The translations under genes were made by a program, and so were the position numbers. The notes under the pieces are model-generated. The model was given only the letters and a program-made list of their open reading frames with translations. It had not been told where the DNA came from and did not search any database. Source: Fimicolochytrium jonesii (taxonomy: Eukaryota). From it: a stretch of 64,000 nucleotides of DNA. This document shows, piece after piece, positions 38,848 through 52,393 of the stretch (position 1 is the first letter of the stretch; the number at the start of each line of letters is the position of its first letter). The DNA lies in contig NW_026515679.1 of assembly GCF_025526975.1 (NCBI RefSeq), forward strand, positions 372,001 through 436,000, given 5' to 3'.

Positions 38848-40918
38848 ATGACGACTTCCGCCACGTACGTTCCTGCAAGTCTGCTCTATAAGCCTATGCA
38901 CGAGTTAATACCGCTTCCTTACCGCAGGATAGTTTCGGCCCCTGGGAAAGTCCTAGTGGCTGGGGGATACTTGGTGCTGGACCCGGCATATCAAGGACTC
39001 GTGTTGACTACCGACTCTAGATTCTTTACGGTCGTGAGGAGCCTCAAAAACGCCGGTGATGGAACAAACATTCGAGTGAGGTCCCCGCAACTCCTGGATG
39101 GGGTGTGGCAATATTATGCGGCGGTGGCTCCGGATAGTGCAGCGAATGCGCCGCACCATAAGCTGAAACTATCGAGGTAGGGTGTGCCATGTCTCCTTTG
39201 AGCCGAACGGCTGCAGTCAGTGACGACCTCGTATTATATCAGTGTGGAGAAGTCGCCTCGAAACAGCTACGTAGAAGCAGCACTCGAGTACGCTTTGGGA
39301 GCGACTGCGGTGTTAGCTCCGAAAACGCACCCTTTGGCTGGTGTCAGCCTGGATATCATCATCGTGTGCAGTAATGACTTTTACTCGCAACGCGAACAGG
39401 TATGTGAAGGTCATCAAAACGGAAGTGTTCAGAAAACTTATTGCCTTCCATGTGCAGCTCTCCAAAAATGGCTTGGACTTAACAACGGAGTCACTCCGGT
39501 CGCTGAAGCCCTTCTGTTCCACCATGTCACAAATGTCGAAAGTTCACAAAACAGGCTTGGGTTCCTCGGCAGCCATGATTACGTCGCTGGTCGGCGCCGT
39601 CATGTGCCACTTCAACGTCGCCTCTATCCCGCTGACGGAATCCAGCCGGAATCGCTCCATCCTTTCCGCCGCGGAAACACGCAGCTTGGAGCTCATTCAT
39701 AATACGGCGCAACTGGCTCATTGTGTGGCCCAAGGGAAAATCGGGAGTGGTTTCGATGTGTGTGCGGCCGTATGGGGCAGTCACACGTATAAGCGATTCT
39801 CGCCGAAAGTCATGGATGCGGTAATGAAAACATCGGAGTCTGGGGAATCCATGCCATTCTCAGACCGGTTGCTAAGCGTAGTCCAGCCGCCAGAGACACA
39901 CAAGTACGTACCTGTAAATCCGACGATATCTGACATTGTCTCACAATCGATTTGCTCGTCGCTCCTCAGATGGGACTACACTGTGGAGACGGGGTTCCTT
40001 CTCCCAGAGGGATTCCAACTGCTGTTAGCGGACATTGATGCTGGAAGCAGCACACCGAAACTGGTATCGAAAGTCCTGGCATGGAGACAATCGCATAAGG
40101 AACAAGGTAAGCTGACGCGTACTCACCGCGTGCATATGGTTATCGTACTGACGCACACTTGCCAATCAGCTCATCACCTCTGGACGGCACTGGCGCAGAA
40201 GAACAACCACATCGATGTTACTTTACGACAGTTGTATAAGCTGGCTAGGGAGACTCCTACGGGTTACCAGGCGGCGCTCCGACATCATGGTCAGATAAGG
40301 GCGTCTGAGGTATGGTACGGCAATGAGAAGTGGAGGCTGTGATGCGATCATTCATCAGTGATTCTCCCCAAAGTGGTCCACAGTGAAGGCACAGAGCCAA
40401 GGCGGCGTCGACAAATTTTCTGAGCTCTTCGTTAGCGTGTATGAGACGTTTATGGTATGGGCAAAGAATAGTTGCACAAGCTCCGGATTGAAATTAAGTA
40501 TTCGGCACTATCTAGGGAATCCGCTCCAGTATGCGCGAAATGTCGAAATTAGCTGACGTCCCCATCGAACCAGCGGAACAAACTCGGCTGTTGGATGCGT
40601 GCATGAATGTGCCGGGCGTGATTATGGCCGGCGTGCCCGGAGGTTGGTTGTTCTCTCGAGGTTTATCCGAAAGCCGTGTGTTCACGACGATTGACTGATC
40701 GCAATTATCCTTCCCCAGCTGGTGGATACGACGCGATTTTCTGCATAGCCCTCTCCGACGCCGCCCGAAAAGGGGTTGAGAATGTATGGCAGGGTTGGAC
40801 GGAAATGTCTGTTGGTCCTCTGCTTTCGAAAGAGTGTGGACAGGGACTTTATCGCGTCTCATCGGAAGCGAACGTAGCCGGTTTAGAAGGAGTGCTGAAG
40901 AGCAATCCCTTGGAATAG
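38848..40918 (+). CDS. ERG8: Phosphomevalonate kinase, multi-exon
   Basis: SAPGKVLVAGGYLVLD, NDFYSQ, KTGLGSSAA, AHCVAQGKIGSGFDV, VPIEPAEQTRLLD, GVPG|AGGYDAI. Confidence 0.96.
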
Positions 40919-41216
40919 CACTTAGCTTAGAAGTCTTAGAGGCTCGGACAATATTCGGGCTTGAGAAATCGGCGTAATGACATCTCCGTGTGGCAGGACT
41001 TTCTCCATTGTCTTGGTAACTTACGGCTAGCCGCTTAAGGGATGTTGTCAATCATATACCATCAAGGATTGGAAGACCTAGATTCGTTCCTGGTTTTATT
41101 TCGAACTCATGTCTTCGAGTAACATCTACAGTGTACAATCTCGCAGCTAATGCGGGTTACCCACTATGCAGTGCCCAAGTCCCCTCGCTACACAGTACAT
41201 AGGGCCCATCCCACCA

Positions 41217-44202
41217 CTAAGCTCTCACAGGTCGCTTCAACAACCAGCTAAACAGCGCCTCAGTGTTCTGCCCAGCCAGCTTCACAATCTTTCCGGACTT
41301 CTCCTCCCCAAACCGTACGTCTCCACTCACGCCCACCACAGTCAGACCTGTCCCGTCCTCGCGATCAATGATCGTAACAAGCCCGTAGCAACTACCATGG
41401 ACCGCCACGAATGCACGGCGGGCGAGATCTTGCAGGTCCATCTGGAGCATAAGATCGTCAGGGTGTTTCATGGCGACATACGTGAAAGGGTCGGTGGAGC
41501 CCGCCTTGGACGCGGTGGGAAGAGTCCCGACGCCGCCCAAGTTTGAAGCAGAAGTGCTGTTCAGCGTCTCAGACGACGCACGCTTCTGATGTTGCTTGTT
41601 GCCCAGGCCGAGGATGCTTAGCTTGCGGACCACGCCCAAGATTCCACTCTGGGAGTGGTGGTGCTCGGCTGATCCCGCAGTGGGGATAAGCTTGACGGGT
41701 GGGAAACAAATGAGGTCCGCGAACGGATCTCTTGCATCACCGGCGATGAGCACCATGTACTGCGTGCCTTGTACGTATTCTTCGATGACCCATGTCTGGT
41801 CGGCAGGAATGGCCGCGATGGCGTCTCTGAGCTCCAGTTCCGTTGTGACCTTGCTTCCAGAGTTTTCGATGACTTGCTTCCGCACCGCAGGCTTCACGTA
41901 GACAGGGAGGTAGACTTGGTTGTCGGACATGGCTGACAATACTTCGTCGATGGGAGTGCCGTGCTTCACGACTACAGCTTTTGGCACGCGTAATCTGTTT
42001 TTGCTCAGCCCTTCCCGCATGAGTTGACGGTCATGACTCTCCACGAAGAAGCGGGCGTTGAGCCCGATTGTGTGGATGAAGCCGATATCCTCGAGCAGAC
42101 GAGCGACCTCCAACCCATCCGTCCCCAAGCAGGCGTTGAAGATCAAATCCTCCTCTTTGGACAACCCCGACAGACTGTCTTTCACGTCGTCCACATTGTA
42201 CACATGCACAATTGGGTCAAAGTTGAGGTTTCGGAAGATCGACTCGAGCTCGCTCACGTACTCGACATCTAATATCAGGGAAAGTCAGCAGCGAAACATG
42301 GAGGTTCTGCCGCAAGGTGAACATACCCTTTCCATAGCCGACTTTCAGTTTGCCTTCCGGGTCCGGTATGTACGCTTCGGGATCTTGAAGAACCGCGGCG
42401 CAAATCACGTGTACGACGGGGTTGGGCACAACGGCCAAACTTGGGTTGCGAATGAGCTGAGCAAGTTTTTGCTCGACCTCCGCTGGCAAGACCGAATGCA
42501 GTGGGGAAACGGTATCTTCTCCCTCCCCATCGGCTCCGACCGGTTCGGCTGTGATGTTCGCGAAGCTTCCCCGCGTACTCTCCGCGGCAGGGGTTGTAAC
42601 AGAAGTATCCAGAGACACCTTCAAGGCTGAACTCAGCAAGATTTGGAAGAAGTCTTGTGTTGTTTGTCCCGCCAGCTTCAAGATGAACTCCGAAGATGAC
42701 CCCTTCCCCAGTCCGCAGGATGCATTCACTTCGAGCACGTAGAATTTGCCTGGGCACGGAGTGACTATAAGGTCGTGCCGCTAACCAGGACAGTCAACGA
42801 TGGAACTTACCGCTCACATCACGTTTGCGAATATCCTTTTGAACCCCAGGATGCTTATCAGTTTGAGGTTGGCGCTCACAGGAGTCAGCAGTGACTTACC
42901 ACTCGCCCATATGCGTTCCCCGACACCGCGGCATACGCTCGTCGAGAAAGATCCTGCAACGCAGCGTGGTCGTTCGGATCCGTGACATGCTCATATCCAT
43001 GAGCATACTGGGCTTCGTCCCAGTTTCGCACGTATGATATGAACCGCTTGAATCGAGGGAGGTCCTTATTGAATGCACGCTCTTTTGGAATGAAAGTGAG
43101 TTTATGAGACATGCCAGAATGGCCAGTATGTCTGCGGCACCCAGTTTGTCTCACCAGCAGGAGGATATACGATGACCGTCGAGTTTTCATCACGGCTATT
43201 CCCAGACACCAGAACCTGTGGATATGGAATGCGAAGTGAGCACTCCATAGTGCAATGAGCGTCGTGCGAGAGTCCTTACAGAGTATTCCTGGCCATCAAT
43301 GTACTCCTCGATGGTGAGGTTTTCGAATTCCTTCAGGAGCTCATCCGTCTTGGCTTTCACTTGGTCGAAGTCATGGCAAACCGAACTGTCATCGATCCCT
43401 ACGGATCTATCTGATTGTGTGAGAAAGACCCCAGCGGTCAACCAGCATCCCGAAACCGGATGAAGAGCAGCGCATACCCATAACTGTCCGAAACCTTGAC
43501 AAACAACGGGTACACCATTCCCCAGTCATCGATCAGTTTCGGAAGATCAGAATCCTTGGTCAACGCGAACCCTGGCGGTGTGGACACGAGGTTTTCGCGG
43601 AAGAGCTCTTTCATCCCGTTCTTGGTCAAAGTGTTATTGATGAAGATGGAATCGCAGCCAACCACGTTTGCGTAGTTTTTCTTTTCCAAATATGCAGCTA
43701 CATTATGGCGGTATGTGAGATTCCCCCAAATCCGCGAGCCCCCCACAACGCGCCATCAAAAGCGATCTTGGCACCCACCAACGCTGGGTCCAGGAACCCC
43801 ATCAATGTCGCTTCCATCACACACATTCATGATCAGTTCCTCCAAATCGATCAAGTCGATTTCACGCTCGATGTTGCCCAGCTGCAGAAGGTGCACAACC
43901 GGCTCAAATCCGATTTCCGTCGCCAACGTCTTCAATTCCTGAATATAATCCTCCTTCTCCGAGTTGTGTGTCATTTTCTCGGCTGCACTGCGAACCACGA
44001 CGTCTTCCTGAACTACGTCGGGGACAAGCATATGCTACGAGCAGGATATGGAGGCGTGAGAATGGGCCACAATGCAGTGGAGAAGGCAGACACACGCTGT
44101 CCGTACAAGTTTCTTGCCTTTGACGGTTAATCTGCGGACTGGGCCGTCGCTCACAGAGTACCGCTTCCCGGCAACATGCGAGTCCCACGGTTCTTTCTGC
44201 AT
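41217..44202 (-). CDS. Tandem D-alanine--D-alanine-ligase-like ATP-grasp protein (intact domain plus degenerate domain), about 9 exons
   Basis: Domain 1: IMNVCDG, VVGCDS, YPLFVKVSDSYG|SVGIDDSSV, IEEYIDGQEYS|VLV, YGRV|DIR, FYVLEVNASCGL. Domain 2: IFNACLG, LPVYVKPA, VIEEYVQG, DLARRAFVAVHGSCYG, KLAGQ. Confidence 0.82.
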
Positions 44203-44741
44203 GGTTTCGAGATTGAGCTGGGGGCAACGGAAGGGAACGGAACGAGGAAGAGTTTTAAGGGTGCTCAAACGGACTGTTACGCGTTGGCTATGCTGCAAAA
44301 CCATGCGAGCACACGCGAAGGTTTAACGTGTACTGTACGTCATCAGCCAAGGTTCGAGCATCACAACATGGATAATGTGTTGGTTCTCAGACCAAGGAGC
44401 TCCTCTACGGGAGTGGGTTTGGGAAGGTCGGAGGCCGACGCTGTGCGCCACCAATTTGATAGGATGCCAAAGACTTCTGATATCCCCATTCATCAACGTC
44501 TGAGTGGTAAGACAACTTCCCCGGCCGTAGCTCGTCTCGTAGTCATCCAAAGGCCCTGACCCATCCGCCGTTCTCCTACGTCGAGACTTCCCCGATTTCC
44601 CGCCAGCCTCCTTCCCAGTTCATCCACGTTGCAAGCTTCCTGATATCCCAAGATCTGGCCTGTCCCTCGAACATCACAACTGCGGAAAGGACAAAAAGTT
44701 GTTTGACGACCGATATATTACAGCAGACTCCATCCAAGAAT

Positions 44742-45575
44742 CTAGAAAGTACCGGGGCGGGTACCGCTGAACACAGGGCGGAAGCGCTTGCTGGCCGGGC
44801 GAGTCACTAGAGTGATGGGTAATCACGAGATGAGTAAATCGGGTGCGAGCTGCAACGTTTGCTCTTCGACCGCAATTTTAGGGTGAGATACATACCACGG
44901 TGGGGCAAGGGGAACTTAAGCTTGGGGTCCAGAATCTGCTTGATGTAGGCACGGCGGACATCAGCGGCCTTGACCTCGGCGACCTTGATGATCTGGATGG
45001 AGCTGAAGCGGGCACGGTGACGAGCAGCCATGTCTTGGTCTGCAGCAGAAAAGGCATGAGGATCTTCCCGCTCCTTCGTAGATTCGCCGCCAAACCCCTT
45101 CAAGGACGCGGGTCACAAACTTACAGCAGGACGCCACGGCGTCAGTACGGGTAAGCTCACGGTACTCCTTGTACATGTTGTGAGTTCCGGACCGAGAGTC
45201 GTAACGAATCCAGATACCAAAGTTCTTTACGGTCAATGGCTTTTTCTCGAAGATCTATGACGAGGTTCCAGGTTTGAGCTTTCACTTTAGGGTTCCGCCA
45301 TCCGCATTCGCCGTTCCACAAACATCAGGCCCCATGGTGAATCCCTCCCTCCGACACAAACACTCCCCACAATCTTTGATAAGTACCTGGTTGACGGAGA
45401 CGATCTCGCCAGAGGCCCTCTTGACCTTGTTGACCTGCTTGAGGAAGTACCAGAAACGGGACTTGGCAACAACCTCGTTCGGGGCGAAAAGGCGCATGCG
45501 GTACAACTTAGGCACCGGCTCCTTCTCGGTCGGCACACGACGGCCAACGACCTGGTATTCGTTGAGTCTGCCCAT
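44742..45575 (-). CDS. RPL20: 60S ribosomal protein eL20 (L18a), multi-exon; probable 5'UTR intron ~45588-45670
   Basis: YQVVGR..P...[63 protein letters not shown]. Confidence 0.97.
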
Positions 45576-46405
45576 TTTGTGCGATTCTGATATACCATTC
45601 AGGACGAGGAAAGGGAGTCAGTACCGTCACCCGCCCATTTCCCCCCGCATGCGTAGTTTCATGTCTCGTACCCTAGCTAAATAAACAGGAAAGAAGTAAC
45701 GAGTTCGAATCCTTTAGATACTGGAACACTTGTGTAAACGCTTCCGGGTTCTCCTGGACATACCTCTGTTGTTGAAGACTAGATTGAATCGTCGGCTGTT
45801 GGCTATTCCAAACCTGTTGGCCTCTTCCTCAAGAGACCACCCACCGGGCAAATTTTGCGAAACTGATTCAAATGTGTGGCGCAGTTGTGGCGCAGGCGCA
45901 CTTTCGTCCATCGACCGACGACTTTAGCCTTGCAGAACCAGAACTACTCCGACGAATAGCATCTCAACAACAGCCCTCACCGGTCTTAAGCTAGAAAATC
46001 TGAATGCGGGCCTGATGCGGAAATTGAGGAGTTGTGCAACTCTCAGAAACCAATGTCATCTTGAATGCTGCCCGGTTTGAGGTCCGGTATGCAAGACCCT
46101 TCCATAAGATCAGAACGGTCAGAATACAGGGAAACCACGTGCAAGGGTAACGAATTGCCTAAAGGAAGTGAGGAGCAAAGCCAACAGAATACTGTACGTG
46201 TTGCTAAAACGCTACAATCGGTTACTATCTACAACAAATCAAATCCCTGTGAGGTATATCGATAACCCCTCCTCCATCGAGCATTCAATTCTGTGTATCT
46301 GGCTCCAAATTTCCAAACCCGTCGTCTCCTGCGATTTAGCCCCGCCCCAAAAAGTGTTGATTTGCTCTTCAAATCGCTCATTGACATGCGACTTGTACCG
46401 AAAAT

Positions 46406-46992
46406 TCAAATCACCCGCTTCATGTCCGATCGGACCTGTGCTTTGAGCCCCGAACACTCCCCATTCTCAAACTCGACGCCCGCCATGCCTCCATCCATGT
46501 CCTTCAACATTTCCAAATATGCGCGATCTTTCTCTGCCATGAACGCATCCGCATTTCCGCTGCTATTTTTGAGGCTAGGCTCGGCGGTCGCCGATTCATT
46601 CGCGCGAGCGGAGAGGCCATCCACATTGTGGCGTTTTGTTGAACTTTGAACCGATGTTTCGACAGCTGCTGGGCCAGCGGTATTCGTTGGGGTCGCATCA
46701 TCGGTGGGTCGTGCCGGAGAAAGATAGGACCTCAGGAATGAAAAGAATGAGCGCCTGCTCGGTGTTTCAAACTGCGGCCTTTGTATCGGTGATGCTTTTG
46801 CCGGACGCGCCAACCGCAACCAGCGCCTTGACTGCAAGAAGTCTCTGCGTGGAGGTGTGCGTAGCTACAACGGCACGTTCAGACAGAGTGAGCCCAGGTA
46901 TCATTTGATATGGAAGATAGAAGTACAGCACCCATACGCACACAAGGCAGTTGTCCAGAGAGTGGTCTTCGGGAGAGAACGGTGGTCGACAT
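46406..46992 (-). CDS. Uncharacterised, probably mitochondrial protein (2 exons)
   Basis: MSTTVLSRRPLSGQLPC| (GTGCGT..TAG intron) LRTPPRRDFLQSRRWLRLAR, an Arg-rich presequence-like start. C-terminus DGGMAGVEFENG...VRSDMKRVI resembles a small conserved fungal family (recall only). Confidence 0.55.
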
Positions 46993-47487
46993 GACGAGTG
47001 ACAGGATCGCAAGATTGTTGACTTCTGGTCCGAGAGGTCGGCTACGAGAGGTCTACGGAATTCCCATCAAAACTTTTATATCGGGGGCGAGGAGCAGGGC
47101 GAGGAGTACGTTATTAACACACTGTTTTGAACAGAGTGATAGAGGCTTGGACAAAAGCGCACAGCCGAAAAGCAAGAGCGGCTAATAAGAGCGGAGACAA
47201 GGGAAGGACAACAGGGGGGAACTCGCACGCACCTGTCAATTCTTTGTACGACCGCGCACCAATTGGCCGCGCCGCTCCAAAATCGGACACCCAACCAGCC
47301 CAACAGCACATTGCTGCCCTGTTGTCGATCATACGGAGGTGGGAATCCACCCTTCTAGGCATCCTTTCCTTCAAACGTGATCGGGTTTGAGCCTCTCTCA
47401 GTTCGAGTTAGGGCATAGTTTGCTCACAGTGGCTACATAAATTCTTACGCCAGAACCTGCGCGCGCAATTTCTGACCGCGAGCAAAG

Positions 47488-50084
47488 ATGGACGTTCCGG
47501 GAGAAGCAATAGAGAGGCCACCCGCCCACGATCCTATGGACATCGAGACCCCGGAAGAACTGAAGATTGAAGCGCAAGGGGCTGAGGAAGCAGGCACAAC
47601 GGGACGCCTACCAGCTGACCACAACACGCAAAACGGTTCCGCACAGATCGACAACACGACATCGCACGGAATTACCACGCCTGCTGGTGAAGGCGATGCT
47701 TTAGCTTCAGGGGCCGCTATCACAGCTCAGGATCCTCCGCAACGACCGACAAATGCTGACGGGAATTTGGAGGGTGGTCAAGAAGATCCCGCGAACCAAG
47801 CTGGGGGGGCTGGTGAGTTTCACTTTCATGGTCGGGCTTGTGCAACGAGGTGGACGGCAACTCATATTCGACATTTCGGCGTAGACGGAAGTGGAATGAC
47901 CGTCCGAATAATGGATCTCGAGCCTGGCGCGCCTTCCACAAGCAAACTTCTTGTCCCTCAGACGCACGAGATCATCATTCCTAGTTACTCTGCGTGGTTT
48001 CACATGGCGAAAATAAACGATGTCGAGAAGAAATCACTACCAGAGTTTTTCAACAATTGCAACAAAAGTAAAACGCCTAGCATCTACAAGGACTATCGCG
48101 ACTTCATGATCAACACATACCGACTCAATCCTTCGGAATATCTGACGGTGACTGCCTGCAGACGGAATCTCGCCGGTGACGTCTGTGCCATCACTCGTGT
48201 CCACGCCTTTTTGGAGCAGTGGGGCCTCATAAACTATCAGGTAGATCTTAAATATCCTCGTCACCATCAACGCCGGGGGCTTTTGGTAGGCAATGTCTCA
48301 CAGCTGCTTTATAGGTTGATCCAGACTCTAGACCCTCCGGTGTTGGGCCCGCGTTCACAGGCCACTTCAGAGTGACCGCGGATACCCCGCGAGGGTTGCA
48401 GCCAATATACCCAGCCGTGCCTTTGATTCGAAGTGCACCAGATTCCGTGGGGAAAGTAGCGAACGGTCGACCACAGATCGACACCGCTGCGAACGTTGCG
48501 GACGGCAAAAGCTCAGCTGCCAACGTAGCAGTGGCGCCTTTGCGATTCAGTAAAGACATATACTCCGACGCCGCGAAACAGGTTTCACGAAAACACAGCT
48601 TGGACGCGGACCAGGAAACGGGACATTCTGTTGCGCAGCCACCGCAGAAGAAGGCCAAGCATAATTGCTCCACATGCGGCGTAGATTGCAGCCGTATCCG
48701 ATATCACAGTCTGAAAACGTCGTCTATGGAAATCTGTCCCAACTGCTACATCGAAGGGCGCTTCCCGTCTACAATGTACTCGGGCGACTTCTTGAAAATG
48801 GACGACACAGGACCTGCGAAGCATGCCTCGACTGATGATTGGACAGAGCAGGAGACCTTATTGCTCTTGGAAGGGCTGGAGCTTTTTGACGAGGATTGGA
48901 ACAAGGTTTCCGATCATGTCGGCACCCGCACCCGCGAACAGTGCATAACGAAGTTCTTGCAGCTTCCGATTGAGGACCCCTATGTGGGCGTGCCTGCAAA
49001 TGATCTCGGCCCTCTCCAATACCACCGAATTCCACTTTCTGCGGTAGACAACCCAGTTCTCAGTCTTACGGCGTTCCTGGCATCTGTGGTTGACCCGCAA
49101 GTTGCGAGTGCAGCTGCTAAGGCTGCCGTTCAGGAAGTGCAGAAAAAAGGGAACAGCGGACCTTTAACGCGTCAACCGCAGCCGGTCGTGAAGTCTGAGC
49201 AAACCGGCAACGCCGTTGAGAACGGTAACGAAACCAGTGCGGTGGCGGAACTCGGAAAAGGGACGCAAGAATCAAAACAAACCGGAGATGCCATGGATGT
49301 CGATCCTCCAAGGGAACCTGCCTCCACCACAGTAGACGAGAAGGTTGCAGCCCCGGAAGCGGCAAGCAAAGATACGGAAGCCGATGTTACCGAGGTGAAC
49401 GCGCCGTCTGCAACTACCCTGCAGAAGGCAGCTGCGACCGCCATTGGCTCTGCAGCTGCCAAAGCGCACGTCCTGGGCGTGAACCATGCTACGTCCGAGC
49501 TGCATGCATTGACATTGGCGCTTCTACAAGCGCAATACAAGAAACTCGAAGCCAAAATGTCGCATTTCGCCGAATTAGAGGCGGTGTTGGAGTCGGAGCG
49601 AAAGGAAATCGAACGCGAAAAGCAAAAGCTGTACGCCGACAGATTGGCTTTCCGAAAGCTGGTGCACACTTGGGACGCGCGCGATAAAGAAAACATGCGA
49701 GCAATGTCCGCCGGTCACCACGGCCATCAGCAACAGCACCATCACAACATCCCTCAGCACCATGTGCCAACATTGATAAGTCCAACTCACGCAGGCATTC
49801 CCGATAGTTTCTCTGCTCGGAGGGATAGCATCAAGTCTGCCACTCCCACGTCTGCGACTCACCGCGGATCTATGTCCGGGGCCTGGGAGGTTCCTAAAGG
49901 TCGGACCTATGAAGATATAGTCCCTAGCTCGGATGTGGTGCCGGTGAAAGTGGATGCACATGAGCCAGGTTCTACGACGGAGATGGAAGGAGAAGCGGCA
50001 TCTGGATTCCAAGACGAGGAGGCCGGGGCGCAACCCGTGGTACCGCCGAAAGATGGGGATAGTTTTCTGATCTCCATTGGTTAG
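47488..50084 (+). CDS. SWI/SNF-RSC subunit Swi3/Rsc8/SMARCC (SWIRM, ZZ, SANT, leucine zipper)
   Basis: [83 protein letters not shown]...[18 protein letters not shown]. Confidence 0.95.
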
Positions 50085-50620
50085 AGCATCGACGAATATG
50101 CGGTGGTTGTTAGGGAGGAAAATGTACAGAGCTTCAGACCCGATGTATTTACTGCTTTCGTGAAAGCTATTAGTGAGAAGCATTGCTGTATAAGCATGTG
50201 TAGGGGTCGTTTGGAATGATCCGCTGGAGAAAAAGTTTCGTCGGAAAATGCAATTTGATGCCATCAACAGGTCACGTGTCGCTTAAGGGTCCCAAGTGCC
50301 TTTCGGGGCCCCTTGCTTACCCTTCGCCAACGACAGCGATTCCACTGTTCCACCGTCGTTGTCGCAATTACAAGCAGTTCACGAAAGCACCGTCACCTCC
50401 GGAATCAAAGAGGGTTTCGCTGTGAAAACGGTCGTAGTGTAACAGGTATTAACGCAGGGCTCAGGAGTTTCGATTCGTGGCTTCGCGAGGATTGCGAGCC
50501 ATATTACTGGCGTTGGTTTCCCACTGTAGCTTTCAACAATCAAGCTTACTTCTGGACGCTCTTTTTCCTTTTTCTAAAGGTTGAAACCTCTGTTCGAAAG
50601 TCGAACTATTTACGCTCGCA

Positions 50621-52393
50621 ATGTCCGCACCGAACGGTAAACCTGCTATCGCAGACGGCTGGGGCAAGGTACGCAGACTAGGTCGCTGAGCCCACCATTG
50701 CAATGTTCACGCTTGAACTCATCATACCTCAGCCACCTGCTGACGCTTCGAACTGGGGAAAGCCTCCTGCTGGCACTGCAGCTCCAACAACGAATCCGGG
50801 TTCCGCTGGCTGGGGTGCAACTCCACCACAAGCGTCCGGTTGGGGCAACCCACCCACGTCTCCAACCAAGAAACCCACCAATGGAACGTCAGCAGCGTTG
50901 CCTACTCCTCCGACCCAAGATAACGGCGTGAAAGATCTGACCAACAAAGTAGATGCGTTGACGACAGAAGACGACCTTGACGATACTCCTAATGCCAAGA
51001 AACAATCCAATTTAATCGAATCCAGCGAAGTTGTCGAAGTTAAGCTGGCCGACTTACAGGCTGATGTCAATAATCCCCTTTATTCGGGTGTCTCCACTTT
51101 CGAAGACCTTGGCCTTCATCCCGATCTGCTGAAAGGAATCTACGCCATGGGTTTCGAAAGACCGTCCAAGATTCAGGAGAAGGCCTTACCCCTCCTCGTT
51201 GCCAATCCCCCGAAGAACATGATTGGGCAATCGCAATCCGGAACGGGCAAAACCGCGGCCTTTGCTCTTACGATGCTCAGTCGGATCAATTTCAGCTCCA
51301 ACGTCGTGCAGGCCGTCTGTCTCGCACCTGCGCGTGAGCTTGCTAGGCAAATCATGGACGTTGTGAAGCTCATGGGCAAATATACACCGGTCACCACCGC
51401 TTTCGCTATCAAAGATTCGGTTACCAGGGGTCAGAAGATCACTGCCCACATCGTCGTTGGAACTCCGGGAACCGTTATTGAACTCATCAAACGTAGAGAT
51501 CTGGACCCTACACATATTCGCATCTTCGTCATGGATGAAGCCGATAACATGTTGGACCAGCAAGGGCTAGGAGACCATAGTATCCGCGTCAAGAAGTAAG
51601 TCCTACATGGCAATTTTGTGGAGCGGCCGAGATCTGATATTTCCTCCCTTACTACAGTCAAGTGCCGAAGAACTGCCAAATCGTGTTGTTCTCGGCAACT
51701 TTCCCACCGGCCGTGCGAGAGTTTGCAGCCAGATTTGCGCCAAACGCGAACATGATCTCGCTTCGTCAGGAAGAGCTTTCCGTAGAAGGCATCAAACAAT
51801 TTTACATGGATTGCAAGAACGAAAACCATAAGGTCGAAGTCCTCTGCGCAATATATGGGCTTCTCACCATTGGTCAAAGTATCATCTTCTGTCGGGTATG
51901 TCAAGAGCTGGAGGAGGAAATGCTCAAGTCTTGCTTCTTACTGATGATTTTCCACGCGTAGAGACGTGATGTGGCCGAACGACTGGGTCGTGCCTTGACA
52001 GACCAGGGACACGTCTGCTTGGTTCTTCACGGAGGTTTCGACCCTCTGGAACGTGACAAAGCCATTGACGACTTCCGTGACGGTCGATGCAAAGTACTGA
52101 TCACGACGAACGTTATCGCTCGAGGTATCGACATTCTGCAAGTGAACTTGGTCATCAACTACGATATTCCTCTGGACGCATCCTCCCAGCCGGACCCCGA
52201 AACGTACTTGCACCGTATCGGTCGTACTGGTCGATTCGGTCGCACTGGTGTCAGCATCAACTTCGTCCACGACGAAAGGTCTTACTCCGAGATGAAATCG
52301 ATTGAAAATCACTTTGGAAGGGAAATCATCCGAGTGCCCACTGACAATTACATGGAAGTCGAGAAGATCCTGAAGAAAGCTGTCAAGTCCTAA
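50621..52393 (+). CDS. DBP5: DEAD-box mRNA export helicase Dbp5/DDX19 with GW/WG-repeat N-terminal extension
   Basis: LADLQADVNNPLYS, PSKIQEKALP, QSQSGTGKTAAF, APARELARQ, DEADNMLDQQG, LFSAT, TNVIARGID, YLHRIGRTGRFG. Confidence 0.95.

Noticed and set aside
47813..47884. Stop-free 3n introns (also in MSS4 8293-8355, ERG8 and the GPCR) suggesting programmed intron retention
   Set aside because: With roughly 100 short introns in the window, a number of stop-free 3n introns is expected by chance.
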